A program made the position numbers and the translations under genes. Under the pieces are notes generated by a model that was not told the DNA's origin, searched no databases, and saw only the letters and a program-made list of their open reading frames with translations. Below, one piece after another: positions 53,822-64,000 of a stretch of 64,000 nt of DNA (within the stretch, counting starts at the first letter, position 1; each line of letters starts with the position of its first letter). The DNA is taken from positions 372,001-436,000 of the forward strand of contig OX337237.1 in the NCBI GenBank assembly GCA_946965045.2. The letters are read 5' to 3'. This DNA comes from Epithemia pelagica (taxonomy: Eukaryota; Protista; Bacillariophyta).

Positions 53822-56800
53822 ATGGAAGCGACACCTCCCAAGACACCGTTTACTCCTCCTGAGGACAAGTCAAGTCATATAACCAACCAAGATCTCTTCG
53901 ACCATATAACTAAAGGCATCTTTGGTTGTAATGATGAACGAGCCCAATCACTTCAAAAGTGGATGCGACATCATGGTTTTGAACATATCCTTCATGTCCT
54001 CGACCATGTTGCAACTGATCCCGAGGAGACACTCAAGGATCTCATGCAATACAAGGTTGGAAAACAAGTCAACGACCTACAGACAAGTACAAGATTACAA
54101 CTCAAACTAATGGCATATTGGTTACTACAACAACGGCAACTCCAACATGGAAAACTACCCCGTGCTACATGGATGAACCTCACGAGGGACCAATATGACG
54201 ATTGGAGGATTAACACCGACTTTACCAAGTCTGGTATGAACCAAGACCCAGTTTCTCCTCTGAAATCACCTGCACACTCCGTATCATCCCGATCTCCCAC
54301 TACATCCTCTACAACATCTCAATCCATGTTAGATCTCTCTGCTTTCAAGAAAGGAACCAAAAGAGATGCAACAGCATTTGAATCATTCAAAGACGAACTA
54401 TACTTTGATTCGTTTTGGCGTGTATTCAAATCAACTGCGAAAGCACAAGGATTGTCGAATGTTTTTGATTTCGATTACAAGGTACCCAAGGATGACGAAT
54501 GTGCAGAGTTACTTTTCCGAGAACAACAAGTCTTTGTCTATTCTGTACTTGTACGTATTATCCAAACCGACCAAGGAAGAGCATATGTTCGAGAACATGA
54601 ACATGATGAAGATGCAAGAGCCGTCTTGAAGAAACTCCATTTTCTACACACTGAATCTGATCTAGCTAAGCGAGAAGTGTTACGCCTAACAAGCTACATT
54701 TCGAATCTTCGACTGGATGACTCTTGGCGAGGTACAACTCGTCAGTTTCTCCTACATTTTCAAGAACAGCTACGACTTCTGGATAACCTTGTACCACTGT
54801 CGGATCGTATCCATGACCATACAAGGATGACCTTCCTTATGCAAGCTGTTGAAAAGGTACCTGATTTAAGACGAGTCAAGATCTTGGATAACGTTGTCAA
54901 CACAAAATCTGGAGCCAAGTCTCTCTGTTATCAATCATATTTCTGCCTGCTTCTTGATGCTGCTTTTGACCATGACCAAGCTACCCGAACTTCTGCGTCT
55001 AACCGCCGTCGTCATGTAAAGCAACATGAATTTCAGTTGGATGAACCTTTTGAACCAGTGGAGCCCCCTGACTACCAGATCAACAACACGAATATCCAAT
55101 CCGAAAAGTCCCCAACTTCGTCAAAAATCAGCCTTCCAACAGATGTATGGTTTAAACTCTCTGAAGAGGATCGGCAAATCATTGTCGACTTCAATAAATC
55201 CGTCCAAGATTCCCCGACAACTCCACGCAAGGTCCAAACACATTCTCTTGACATTGATCCTGAACCGGACCCTGATCCTGATGCCAACAACATTGGTGAT
55301 ACCCATCAAGATGCACCAGAACAAGATCCATTCGATACATCCTCTGATCCGGTTACCCAGTTCGTACACCAGGCTATTGCATCGACAGATATCAATCATC
55401 CAGCATCTGACCTCAGCAACATCTTGTCAACTTCTACGACAAAGTCAAGTCCTAAAGTCAAGTTCAAGTCTTCTGCCAATCACAAGCAAAAGGTTCATAT
55501 GTCACGAAATCTATTCTCCCGCAAATCCACCTTTTCTGGTAATCAACTCATCGATCGAGGTGCCAATGGAGGCCTTGCAGGATCTGACATGCGTATCCTT
55601 GCCAAAACCGGACGTCATATTACCATCGTAGGTATTGACAATCATGAATTGACTGGCCTTCCAGTTGTTACCTGTGCTGCCAAGTTTGGTACAAGTGATG
55701 GACCCATTATTGGTATCTTCAATGAGTATGCCCACTATGGAAAGGGTTTATCTATCCATGCCCCAGCGCAATTTGAACATTTCGGCCTATCTGTCGACGA
55801 ACGATCCGTCAAGGTTGATGGCAAACAACGCATTACTACCCTTGATGGACGCGCATTGCCCTTACGCATCAAGGATGGCCTTGCATACATTCAATCTCTG
55901 GGAATCCCTTCTGATGACGATATGGATAAATATCCGCATATTGTGTTCACTTCACCCCATCTCTGGGATCCTTCTGTACTTGACCATACCCATCCAGACC
56001 CCCATCAAGACCCTGCACCGAACTGGACATCTGTGGAGACTGATGGTAGTATGGAAACGTACCCCTATGACCAATATGGGGAGTATACCAATCGCGTTGT
56101 ATGCACTTTGAATCTCCTCCTTGATCTCCCATATGATCATGGCCCCGATACACCTTCCTTCTTTTCCATCTATGCTGATCAAGATGGCAACGACCCCACA
56201 CTTCATGCGTCTGTCCACAAACTCTATAAGGAACAATACGACTGGAAGAAATTTCGCCCTTTCTTTGGGTGGCAATCGGAAGACGTAATCGCCGATACGT
56301 TCAAGCATACAACTCGTCATGGACACATTTCCTTTGACCAGGATACCTTGAAGAAACACTTTAAGGCCCGGAATCCTATCCTTAACCTACCACGACGGCA
56401 TGAACCCGTTGCCACTGACTCCATCTTCTCCGACACCCCGGCTGTTAACCATGGTGGCAAGACTGCTCAGATTTTTGTTGGTCGTGATACTTTGGTTACT
56501 GACATTTATGGTATCAAGTCTACCAAGCAATTCGTCAATACCCTCCAGGATAACATTCGTACACGTGGTGTCATGGAGACTTTGATCAGTGATGGTGGTT
56601 CGTCACTTATTTCCCACAAGGTCAAGGATATTCTTCGCACCCTTCTGATTGGTGAATACCGTTCCGAGCCCTATCATCAACACCAGAACAAAGCTGAGAA
56701 CCGCTACCAGACCGTTAAGCGTATGACCAATGCTATCATGAATGCCTCTGGTTGCCCTGCTTCTGCATGGTTACTTTGTTTAGAATATGTGTGTGACCTC

Positions 56801-59503
56801 CTCAATCACACTTCCTCTCCCACCCACTCTGGCCGCACCCCTCTTGAGGCTCTTACCGGTACCCCACCCGACATTACCCATCTCCTTTTCTTTCCTTTCT
56901 GGGATGAGGTCTACTATCGTGTCGACCCTTCTGAACCTACCTCCGGTTCTTACCCTTCGTCTCCCAACGAGAAGATTGGCCACTGGGTTGGTTTTGCCCA
57001 CAATGTTGGTGATGCCTTTACTTGGAAGATCCTCACTGCCGACAACGTCATCATCTACCGTTCCGCTGTCCGTCGCGTTGCCTCCACTACCCCCAACCTT
57101 CGTGTGGATATCTCTTCAGGGGAGGAGTCGCCGCATAAACCCACTGACAAGCAAGGCGACACTGTCTTTATTCGCAGCAGAAGTGAAGACCCATCCACAC
57201 CTATGCCAACAATTGACTACAACGATTTAGTTGGACGCACATTCCTTTGTGACACTGAAGAGAATGGGGAGCGCCACCGAGCACGAGTAATCAAACGAGT
57301 TGTCAACCTGGAACAAGATGCAACCAAACAAGAAGATCGACTCAAATATATCTTTCGCAAGTCTAACTCCAATGTTGATGAGATGATTTCCTACAACCAG
57401 CTCATGGAATACATTGAAAGGGATAATCAAGCCCAAACGACAGGGGATAGTCTCTTCCGATTCAGAGACGTTATTGCACACCAAGGACCTTTGAACTCAA
57501 GCGACCCAGACTATAAAGGGAGAAAATATAATGTCCTTGTTGATTGGGAGACTGGGGAGACGACATACGAACCTCTATCTCTTATTGCAAATGATGACCC
57601 CATCACAGTCGCTATCTATGCCAAGAAAAATGGTTTGCTGGATCTACCTGGATGGAAACATCTCAAGCGATACGTCAAGACAAGCAAAAGACTCATTCGA
57701 GCAGCTAAACAATCCAGGATCAAACAAGTTCGTCGCTCTATCAAGTACAAGTTTGGTTTCCAAGTACCTCGCACCTATGAAGAAGCAGTGGAACTAGACA
57801 AGCAATTTGGGAACACGAAATGGCAAGACGCAACAGAATTGGAACTCTCACAGATCCAATCGTATAACACTTTCAAGGACCATGGAAAAGCCAAGTTCAT
57901 TAATGGGAAATTGGCCAATGCACCAGAAGGATATCATAAGATAAGAGTACATCTGGTCTTTGATGTCAAGCATGACAGAAGGCACAAGGCACGACTTGTC
58001 GCAGATGGACATCTCACCAAGGAACCCGTTGAGACCATCTATTCAGGGGTTGTCTCCATTCGCAACCTTCGCATTGCCATATTTCTTGGAACCATGAACA
58101 ACATGGAAATATGGGGAGCAGATATTGGGAACGCATACCTAGAAGCATTGACAGGAGAGAAGATTTTCATCATTGCAGGACCAGAGTTCAAGGAGTTACA
58201 AGGACATATCTTGATCATCTACAAGGCATTATATGGTCTCAAATCCTCAGGTGCTTGCTGGCATGACAAACTGTTTGATGTTCTCATTGATATGGGATTT
58301 TCTCCAAGCAAGGCTGACCCTGATATTTGGATGAAGAAGGCTCCTGGAGAAGACTGTTATGAATATATCGCTGTATATGTTGATGACTTAGCTATCGTTG
58401 CCATGGACCCTGAAGCTGTCTGCAAGATCTTTACAGACAAATACAACTTCAAACTCAAAGGAGTCGGACCTATCGAGTATCATTTGGGGTGTCGTTATAC
58501 CAAAGATCCAGACGGTACACTTGTGTCTGACCCACGAAGGTACATCGAGAAGATGATGGATACCTATGAACGATTGTTCAATGAGAAACCCAAGAAAGCA
58601 AAGCCGCCAGTCATTGCTAACGATCATCCTGAACTCGATGACTCTGAGCTCTTAGATGAAGAAGGGACCCAGCATTTCCAGACTCTTATTGGACAACTGC
58701 AATGGCTAATTACCATTGGCCGTTTTGATGTCTTTCCTGCTACCATGACTCTATCAAGGTTCAGAGCTGCTCCAAGGATTGGTCATTTGAAGCGAGCTAA
58801 ACGCATCTATGGATACCTCATGTCATTTCCTGATGGGTCTATCAGATTCCGCACTGGGGAGCCAGATTTATCAGCTTTACCTATCCAAGAATACGATTGG
58901 AGTCGTACCGTATACATGGACGCCAAGGAACGTATCCCTGAGGACTGTCCAACCCCACTTGGGCGTTTTGTGACAACTATACATTATGTCGACGCAAATC
59001 TCATGCATGATATGGTTACTGGGAAAGCAGTTACAGCCATCCTGCATTTTGTAAATGGTACACCCGTGGACTGGTACAGTAAGCGACAAGCCACAGTGGA
59101 AACAGCCACGTATGGATCTGAATTTGTTGCCGCAAGGACTGCAGTTGATCAGATCACGGAGCTACGCCTTACACTCCGATACTTGGGAGTCCCTCTGCGA
59201 GAGAAGAGTTACATGTTTGGAGATAACCGCTCTGTCGTTATCAATAGCACCACACCACACTCAATCATCTCCAAGAGGCACCATCTCCTATCCTATCACC
59301 GAGTCCGCGAAGCTATCGCTGCAAAGTACGTCGCATTCTACTGGAAAGATGGAAAGACAAACCCAGCTGATATCCTCAGTAAACATTGGGAATTCGCCGC
59401 AGTTTGGCCCATGCTCAGATCTTTGTTATTCTGGAGAGGAAAAATCCAGGAAAGTGATGAGGGAATTGACAATCCTCATTCGACGAATTGTGGGGAGTGT
59501 TAG
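53822..59503 (+). CDS. gag-pol: Gag-Pol polyprotein of C, single ORF, 1893 aa
   Basis: gag, PR LIDRGANGG, IN (TDSIF...ISDGG...AENRYQ), RT (KARLVADG, YVDD), RH (YVDAN, EFVAA, FGDN, ADILSK). The stop TAG lies within the 3' LTR. Confidence 0.97.
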   Translation: MEATPPKTPFTPPEDKSSHITNQDLFDHITKGIFGCNDERAQSLQKWMRHHGFEHILHVLDHVATDPEETLKDLMQYKVGKQVNDLQTSTRLQLKLMAYWLLQQRQLQHGKLPRATWMNLTRDQYDDWRINTDFTKSGMNQDPVSPLKSPAHSVSSRSPTTSSTTSQSMLDLSAFKKGTKRDATAFESFKDELYFDSFWRVFKSTAKAQGLSNVFDFDYKVPKDDECAELLFREQQVFVYSVLVRIIQTDQGRAYVREHEHDEDARAVLKKLHFLHTESDLAKREVLRLTSYISNLRLDDSWRGTTRQFLLHFQEQLRLLDNLVPLSDRIHDHTRMTFLMQAVEKVPDLRRVKILDNVVNTKSGAKSLCYQSYFCLLLDAAFDHDQATRTSASNRRRHVKQHEFQLDEPFEPVEPPDYQINNTNIQSEKSPTSSKISLPTDVWFKLSEEDRQIIVDFNKSVQDSPTTPRKVQTHSLDIDPEPDPDPDANNIGDTHQDAPEQDPFDTSSDPVTQFVHQAIASTDINHPASDLSNILSTSTTKSSPKVKFKSSANHKQKVHMSRNLFSRKSTFSGNQLIDRGANGGLAGSDMRILAKTGRHITIVGIDNHELTGLPVVTCAAKFGTSDGPIIGIFNEYAHYGKGLSIHAPAQFEHFGLSVDERSVKVDGKQRITTLDGRALPLRIKDGLAYIQSLGIPSDDDMDKYPHIVFTSPHLWDPSVLDHTHPDPHQDPAPNWTSVETDGSMETYPYDQYGEYTNRVVCTLNLLLDLPYDHGPDTPSFFSIYADQDGNDPTLHASVHKLYKEQYDWKKFRPFFGWQSEDVIADTFKHTTRHGHISFDQDTLKKHFKARNPILNLPRRHEPVATDSIFSDTPAVNHGGKTAQIFVGRDTLVTDIYGIKSTKQFVNTLQDNIRTRGVMETLISDGGSSLISHKVKDILRTLLIGEYRSEPYHQHQNKAENRYQTVKRMTNAIMNASGCPASAWLLCLEYVCDLLNHTSSPTHSGRTPLEALTGTPPDITHLLFFPFWDEVYYRVDPSEPTSGSYPSSPNEKIGHWVGFAHNVGDAFTWKILTADNVIIYRSAVRRVASTTPNLRVDISSGEESPHKPTDKQGDTVFIRSRSEDPSTPMPTIDYNDLVGRTFLCDTEENGERHRARVIKRVVNLEQDATKQEDRLKYIFRKSNSNVDEMISYNQLMEYIERDNQAQTTGDSLFRFRDVIAHQGPLNSSDPDYKGRKYNVLVDWETGETTYEPLSLIANDDPITVAIYAKKNGLLDLPGWKHLKRYVKTSKRLIRAAKQSRIKQVRRSIKYKFGFQVPRTYEEAVELDKQFGNTKWQDATELELSQIQSYNTFKDHGKAKFINGKLANAPEGYHKIRVHLVFDVKHDRRHKARLVADGHLTKEPVETIYSGVVSIRNLRIAIFLGTMNNMEIWGADIGNAYLEALTGEKIFIIAGPEFKELQGHILIIYKALYGLKSSGACWHDKLFDVLIDMGFSPSKADPDIWMKKAPGEDCYEYIAVYVDDLAIVAMDPEAVCKIFTDKYNFKLKGVGPIEYHLGCRYTKDPDGTLVSDPRRYIEKMMDTYERLFNEKPKKAKPPVIANDHPELDDSELLDEEGTQHFQTLIGQLQWLITIGRFDVFPATMTLSRFRAAPRIGHLKRAKRIYGYLMSFPDGSIRFRTGEPDLSALPIQEYDWSRTVYMDAKERIPEDCPTPLGRFVTTIHYVDANLMHDMVTGKAVTAILHFVNGTPVDWYSKRQATVETATYGSEFVAARTAVDQITELRLTLRYLGVPLREKSYMFGDNRSVVINSTTPHSIISKRHHLLSYHRVREAIAAKYVAFYWKDGKTNPADILSKHWEFAAVWPMLRSLLFWRGKIQESDEGIDNPHSTNCGEC

Positions 59504-60255
59504 GATTCTCACCGAAAACTAGGTGGCGAAACCTACAACTCATCGAATGATGCTAGTATTTTATGGCATCCGATGACATTTTCCTAAAAGTGAGAAAAGA
59601 ATGTCGGCATGCTCGCGAAACTATAAATTTGGCCACGGCATGCTCGCATTGCACGCGTTATCGGCGACCGCTCGGATATTAACTATGGCCCAACACGTGC
59701 GCGCCCAAAACTATCAAGTGCGCGCCTCTACTATCCGAGTACGCGCATCCACGATTCGACCTAACGGTCTATGTAATCAAAGCACGAATCACGATCACGC
59801 GAGACCATATCTCTGTTCCCACAAATCCAAGAATGCAAACAGCAACGCGCCCAGGACAAGACTTATACCACGACAAAGCAAGAGCTGTTGCATCCCATAC
59901 ATGTTATCCATCACCCTATACATTCAATATACACCAATGCCGGTCTACTCCAACCAGTGAGGACCTATCACACCAGATCCATGGCCGTATACAAGAGCCA
60001 GGACTTCCGCACCATCAACCACCTTAGTTAGTAATCGTCTCACAATCATTAATATCACCATTTTAACACTCATCTTAAGACTAACCTCTTATCAGTGGAC
60101 CGACTGCCCCCACCCACGGCGGACTTCGACTTGCAACTCTTCTCTGACCTGTGGAGGATTGTTGTATCGGTTGGTGATTCGATTGTCGGCTCAGCGAGCC
60201 TTTTACCTATCCTACCTATCTGTCTAACCCCTGTTGAATCGAGAGAAGTTGATCA
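59498..60255 (+). repeat. 3' LTR of C
   Basis: 758 bp, followed by the TSD CCAAC. Confidence 0.96.
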
Positions 60256-60800
60256 CCAACAATGGAATAGTCCGTCTAGCTTGTTCTTTTGGGGCACGTG
60301 TGAACTCGTCTTGTTGCTTTTTCTTGGGGTGATTGTCTCGTCGTCGTCTTTGTAGTACACACTTTAATGGTTTGGAGGTTCCTAGTTCATGTCCTTCTTG
60401 TTGTTTCCATTTCGCCGAGACTTGGTCCATAGGTTGACCCAATTTTGGGAGGAGGGCAATGCGTGAGAGGCTATGGTCGTTGTCATTCTGATTGTGTTCG
60501 ACCAGATTGATGAGAGTGAACGAACTCACCATTGTCGAGACGACTCGACACTCGAGGCTTGCCGCTTGGACGATTGCTCGCAGTCGCAGTCGCAGACGGT
60601 ACTTGCAAAATCACGCGAGCATCATCGCGCATCTTTGTCCAACGGTCCAACGGCCGAAAAATGATATGGTTTCCTCCTCCCTTCACCTTCACCTTCCTAT
60701 CTTCTGTCCTTGTGTTGCGATCCTTTGGATGCTTGGCCCAATGTTTCGGGTGGAGAGTTCTGTGTTGCACGACAATCCGTCGTTTCCAGCAACAAACAAT

Positions 60801-62117
60801 ATGAGTCGTACGAATCGGACTTTACTTCCATCCTCCTGCGCAACGACGAGGAGGACCACGACCACCAATGGTCCTTCCTTCCGCAGGGTGGTCCAAGTTG
60901 CTCTCCTTTTGCTGTTACTGGTCCAAACCCATTACCTCTATCAAACCTTTGTTCCCAACAACAGCGAGGAAGCATTGCACGGCGCTCGCATGACATCTGT
61001 AATGGATTTGGCAAACTCGAGTTCTCTCGCATGGAACTATACTATCAATCAAAGTTCTGTCAGATTTGAAGAGGAGAGCGTAGAACCAATGGCCAACACG
61101 ACGAGTCAGAGCGATCGCATGGCAACCCCAGTGGATACGACAAACTTGACTTCTCTTGTGGGGAACTATCATATCGCTCAAAGTTCCCTCGGATTGAAAG
61201 AGGAGGAGAGAGTCCAACCAAAGGCCAACACGACGAGTCCTGTTATTGACAAGCTTTTGAATTCCGACACCAAGTTCAACCATTCGAACCAAACTCTCAC
61301 GCCCTTTCGTATCCAGTTCTCGGATCAAGAATACAAGGGCAAGCGTCGCCAAAAAACATTTCCAACCATTGTGATTGAAAAATACAAGCTCTTGTTCTTT
61401 TCTTCGCCCAAGGTGGGCTGTACGCATTGGCATTTGCTCTTTATGCGCATGGAACAGAATCGGACCTATACATTGGATGACGAATATTATGTCAATGTTC
61501 ACGCCTTTCGTCAATTGAAATTTTTGGGTCATTATTCGGTCCAACAAGCCACACACATGATGACGTCTCCCGACTGGACACGGGCCATTTTCTTGCGCGA
61601 TCCCATGGAACGCTTTGTCTCGGCCTATCTGGACAAGGCTCATAGTACGGAGAAGTATTTTCAAAAAACATGTTGTAGGCGTAACGCCACTTGTCTGGCT
61701 CGTTCCAAACAATCGGCGGAAGCCGCCTTTCCCGTTATGAAACAGTGTCGCGACTTTCATTGGACACCACAAAGTCACCGCATTTCGCATAAATACCTGC
61801 AACAAGTAAACTTTATTGGACGCATGGAAACGATGCAACAGGATACCGAACGATTGCTGCGACGGATTGGAGCCTGGGAACAATATGGGACACATGGCAC
61901 ACGTACAATGACGACGACCGCAAACGCCACCCATGCCTCCAACACCACCCAACCACGTCATGCCGGTCAGCATCATTCGACGGGTGCATCGTCCAAACTG
62001 GCCCAGCACATTACTCCCAAGTTGTATCCACAACTTCTCGAGTATTATCGGGTGGACTACGAAAACCCCTACTTCAACTTTACTCCTCCTACCCTGTCTT
62101 GGGTGGAACAATCATAA
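60801..62117 (+). CDS. Sulfotransferase ST7, intact, 438 aa, with duplicated stem segment
   Basis: ATG at 60801 by alignment; TM, SPKVGCTHW, FLRDPMERFVSAY and HWTPQ; a 43-aa internal repeat at 60987-61244. Confidence 0.9.
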   Translation: MSRTNRTLLPSSCATTRRTTTTNGPSFRRVVQVALLLLLLVQTHYLYQTFVPNNSEEALHGARMTSVMDLANSSSLAWNYTINQSSVRFEEESVEPMANTTSQSDRMATPVDTTNLTSLVGNYHIAQSSLGLKEEERVQPKANTTSPVIDKLLNSDTKFNHSNQTLTPFRIQFSDQEYKGKRRQKTFPTIVIEKYKLLFFSSPKVGCTHWHLLFMRMEQNRTYTLDDEYYVNVHAFRQLKFLGHYSVQQATHMMTSPDWTRAIFLRDPMERFVSAYLDKAHSTEKYFQKTCCRRNATCLARSKQSAEAAFPVMKQCRDFHWTPQSHRISHKYLQQVNFIGRMETMQQDTERLLRRIGAWEQYGTHGTRTMTTTANATHASNTTQPRHAGQHHSTGASSKLAQHITPKLYPQLLEYYRVDYENPYFNFTPPTLSWVEQS

Positions 62118-63869
62118 TCCACCCAGCATCCGCCGTCGATTAAGCAACTTGCAGTGTGACGACTGCAACGGCTTCGTTGGAGTGTTACTACTAGAATGTT
62201 TGGACCTATTTGCCCTGGACCAACCAACGGCTGTTGTTGGGTTGTGGGATGCACCAGAAACAAGGAACGAAAACAGAAACGAGCCTTGCGTACGAATCCC
62301 ATCGCATAGAGAGACGACAACGACGTTTGAATTTGTCACAACACACATGGTTGCCATATTGTCATTGGTCAAACAAAAAGACTCCATTGTAGTGTTACTC
62401 CTATACTTTATAGTAGAGAGTGCCGTTGCCTCTCAACTATTATTCCAACCATGGATGTTCTTGTAGACTCTTTTTTTTATATCGTTCTCGCTGCTCCACA
62501 CGTTTGGTGTCTCCCAACCAAACACTCTACTACTAGGAGTAATAGAGCGAATATTGACTCGAGCAGCCGCAGCAGCAGCATGTGCCGCGACAAGGTGCAC
62601 CCTCTCTATTACTACCCAAGGGTCATGCCCTCATGGGACAGCCGGCAAGGTCCCGTCCATGGTCGGTTCCAGTTTCACAAAACGGCACGGAATGGTGGGT
62701 CATGACACTCGTTTGGTTCACCCCCCACACTGTTGTTGTGGCGCCACAAAAAAAAGTCTCCCTGACATTCCATTGGAGTGTGCTGTATAACCATAAATGT
62801 GGTGTGGAGAGGAACAAGGAGCGAGTTGCAAAATCGTGAACGACCCAACCGCAGAACCGTGCCATATACAAAATCCAAACGGCGAGCCGGTACGAGCATT
62901 CGACTCGTTGTGCCAAGTGTGGATCCCACCCGTGATCCCGTCGTTTCCGGTACACCCCAATCGATAATCCCACACACACCCGACGAGGCCCCCCAAGACA
63001 AGACAATGGGTGTGTTGTTGTTCCTCCAGGTGGAGGAGGTGGAGCGTGTGTACGGCGTGCCGAACCGACCCGGATACGCTCGAGAAGCAACACACACACA
63101 CACACACACACGAGCGCGCACAAGGGACCGAACCAACTCCAGCACGGTTGTGGATGGGAATCTACTACAATATATGGACAACAACAAGAGAGGAGATGTC
63201 GAAGGTCCTTGGAGGTCATTCCCACTGGGAATGAATGTTACAGGTACTACTACATGTTGGGTGTCTACGAATTCTAATTTAGAAATGGATTTGGAAACGG
63301 TCGATTCTAGTAATATAACAGTTGGATGTTTTGGTGCTTGGGGTGTGCATCGTTTTGTGCGGACCAGACAATTCCCATTCGTTTCCTGCTCGGTTGGCTC
63401 GCTTTTTGTTGGTCCCAACCACTTTCAGGGACTTGAGCCTCTTGATCTTGATGTCTCGATACCAAAAAATGGAGCCGCATAATATCCCAGACCCAGATGT
63501 AACCTTTAACCTTAATAATACGAGAGTATTATTATTTGCCAAGACTTTTTTCCATGCTCCACATCCGTTCAGGGATTTCAAGACAATTGCCCTTTTGCAC
63601 TTTGTGTGCGCCGGCTCACAAGTCTTGCCTTTTTCAGGGACATTTCCAAATTTTGCGACAAGAGAGCATCAGTCATTCATTCCTTCGGAGAGGCATCCTT
63701 CCTCTCCATATTGCATCACCATTCCATATCATTCATCATCCTTTCAGGACACAAGTCATTCTCTCCACCTGCTTGGTTTGGGATTCTCCTGTGGAACTCC
63801 AGACGCACAGAGTTTGCTGAACCAGGCCAGCAAGCAACAACAACAACAAGGCATCCACAAGACAACATC

Positions 63870-64000
63870 ATGTCGTTTGGCGGTGGTGGTATTGATGTCG
63901 GTCCGACGCCTCCCACGGATCCACCCACGTTGGCTCCCACCTTTTTTCCCACGCGATCGCCCGTTGCCTTTGGCAGTGGGGGCATTGTGGTGGGGCCCAC
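63870..64000 (+). CDS. Partial Pro/Thr-rich ORF (PTxxPT-type), runs off the right edge
   Basis: MSFGGGGIDVGPTPPTDPPTLAPTFFPTRSPVAFG...; resembles low-complexity surface-protein stalks. The start is uncertain. Confidence 0.3.
   Translation, partial: MSFGGGGIDVGPTPPTDPPTLAPTFFPTRSPVAFGSGGIVVGP

Larger units (their letters stand above)
52084..60255 (+). mobile_element. Full-length Ty1/copia element 'C' with intact gag-pol
   Basis: 758-bp LTRs; TSD CCAAC at 52079-52083 and 60256-60260; PBS 52842-52855; purine tract before the 3' LTR. Confidence 0.97.

Noticed and set aside
60492-60800. N-terminal extensions of ST7 (from 60492) and ST4 (from 40758) in the ORF track
   Set aside because: Non-ATG starts, not conserved in frame among paralogs; all paralogs align at MS(N/R/T)..RT.
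62675-63482. Overlapping 200-247 aa ORFs on both strands near the right end
   Set aside because: No recognisable domain; they span a (CA)n repeat and use non-ATG starts; I cannot choose a real frame.

Overview
Eukaryotic, intron-containing, transposon-dense window. The Ty1/copia architecture, RLE-type LINE, Helitron and gene style suggest a pennate diatom or other stramenopile (inference). The backbone is a rearranged array of seven paralogous type II membrane Sulfotransfer_2-like carbohydrate sulfotransferase genes: three intact, three frameshifted or disrupted, one 3' fragment. A decayed protein-kinase relic sits in their upstream unit. Four Ty1/copia LTR retrotransposons are inserted. A (1-4690, minus) is partial and nested exactly in the pol stop codon of D. 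D (4691 to ~12183, minus) has gag and pol joined by a predicted -1 frameshift. B (40796-48689) and C (52084-60255) are full length with near-identical 758-bp LTRs and perfect 5-bp TSDs. The window also holds a 5'-truncated CRE-like non-LTR retrotransposon, a TA-flanked MITE and a ~15-kb block around an intact-looking Helitron Rep-helicase. That block also carries three ubiquitin-like-fold genes, a decayed PLD-family nuclease and unknown ORFs. The main leads are these. (1) A, B and C share a primer-binding site complementary to the anticodon arm of tRNA-Asn(GUU), which predicts half-tRNA priming by a non-Met tRNA. (2) The same elements carry a conserved extra ORF upstream of gag. (3) B is an inter-family chimera. 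(4) D has a slippery-site/hairpin cassette and hydrophobic TM-like segments. (5) The Helitron neighbourhood carries Ubl cargo.
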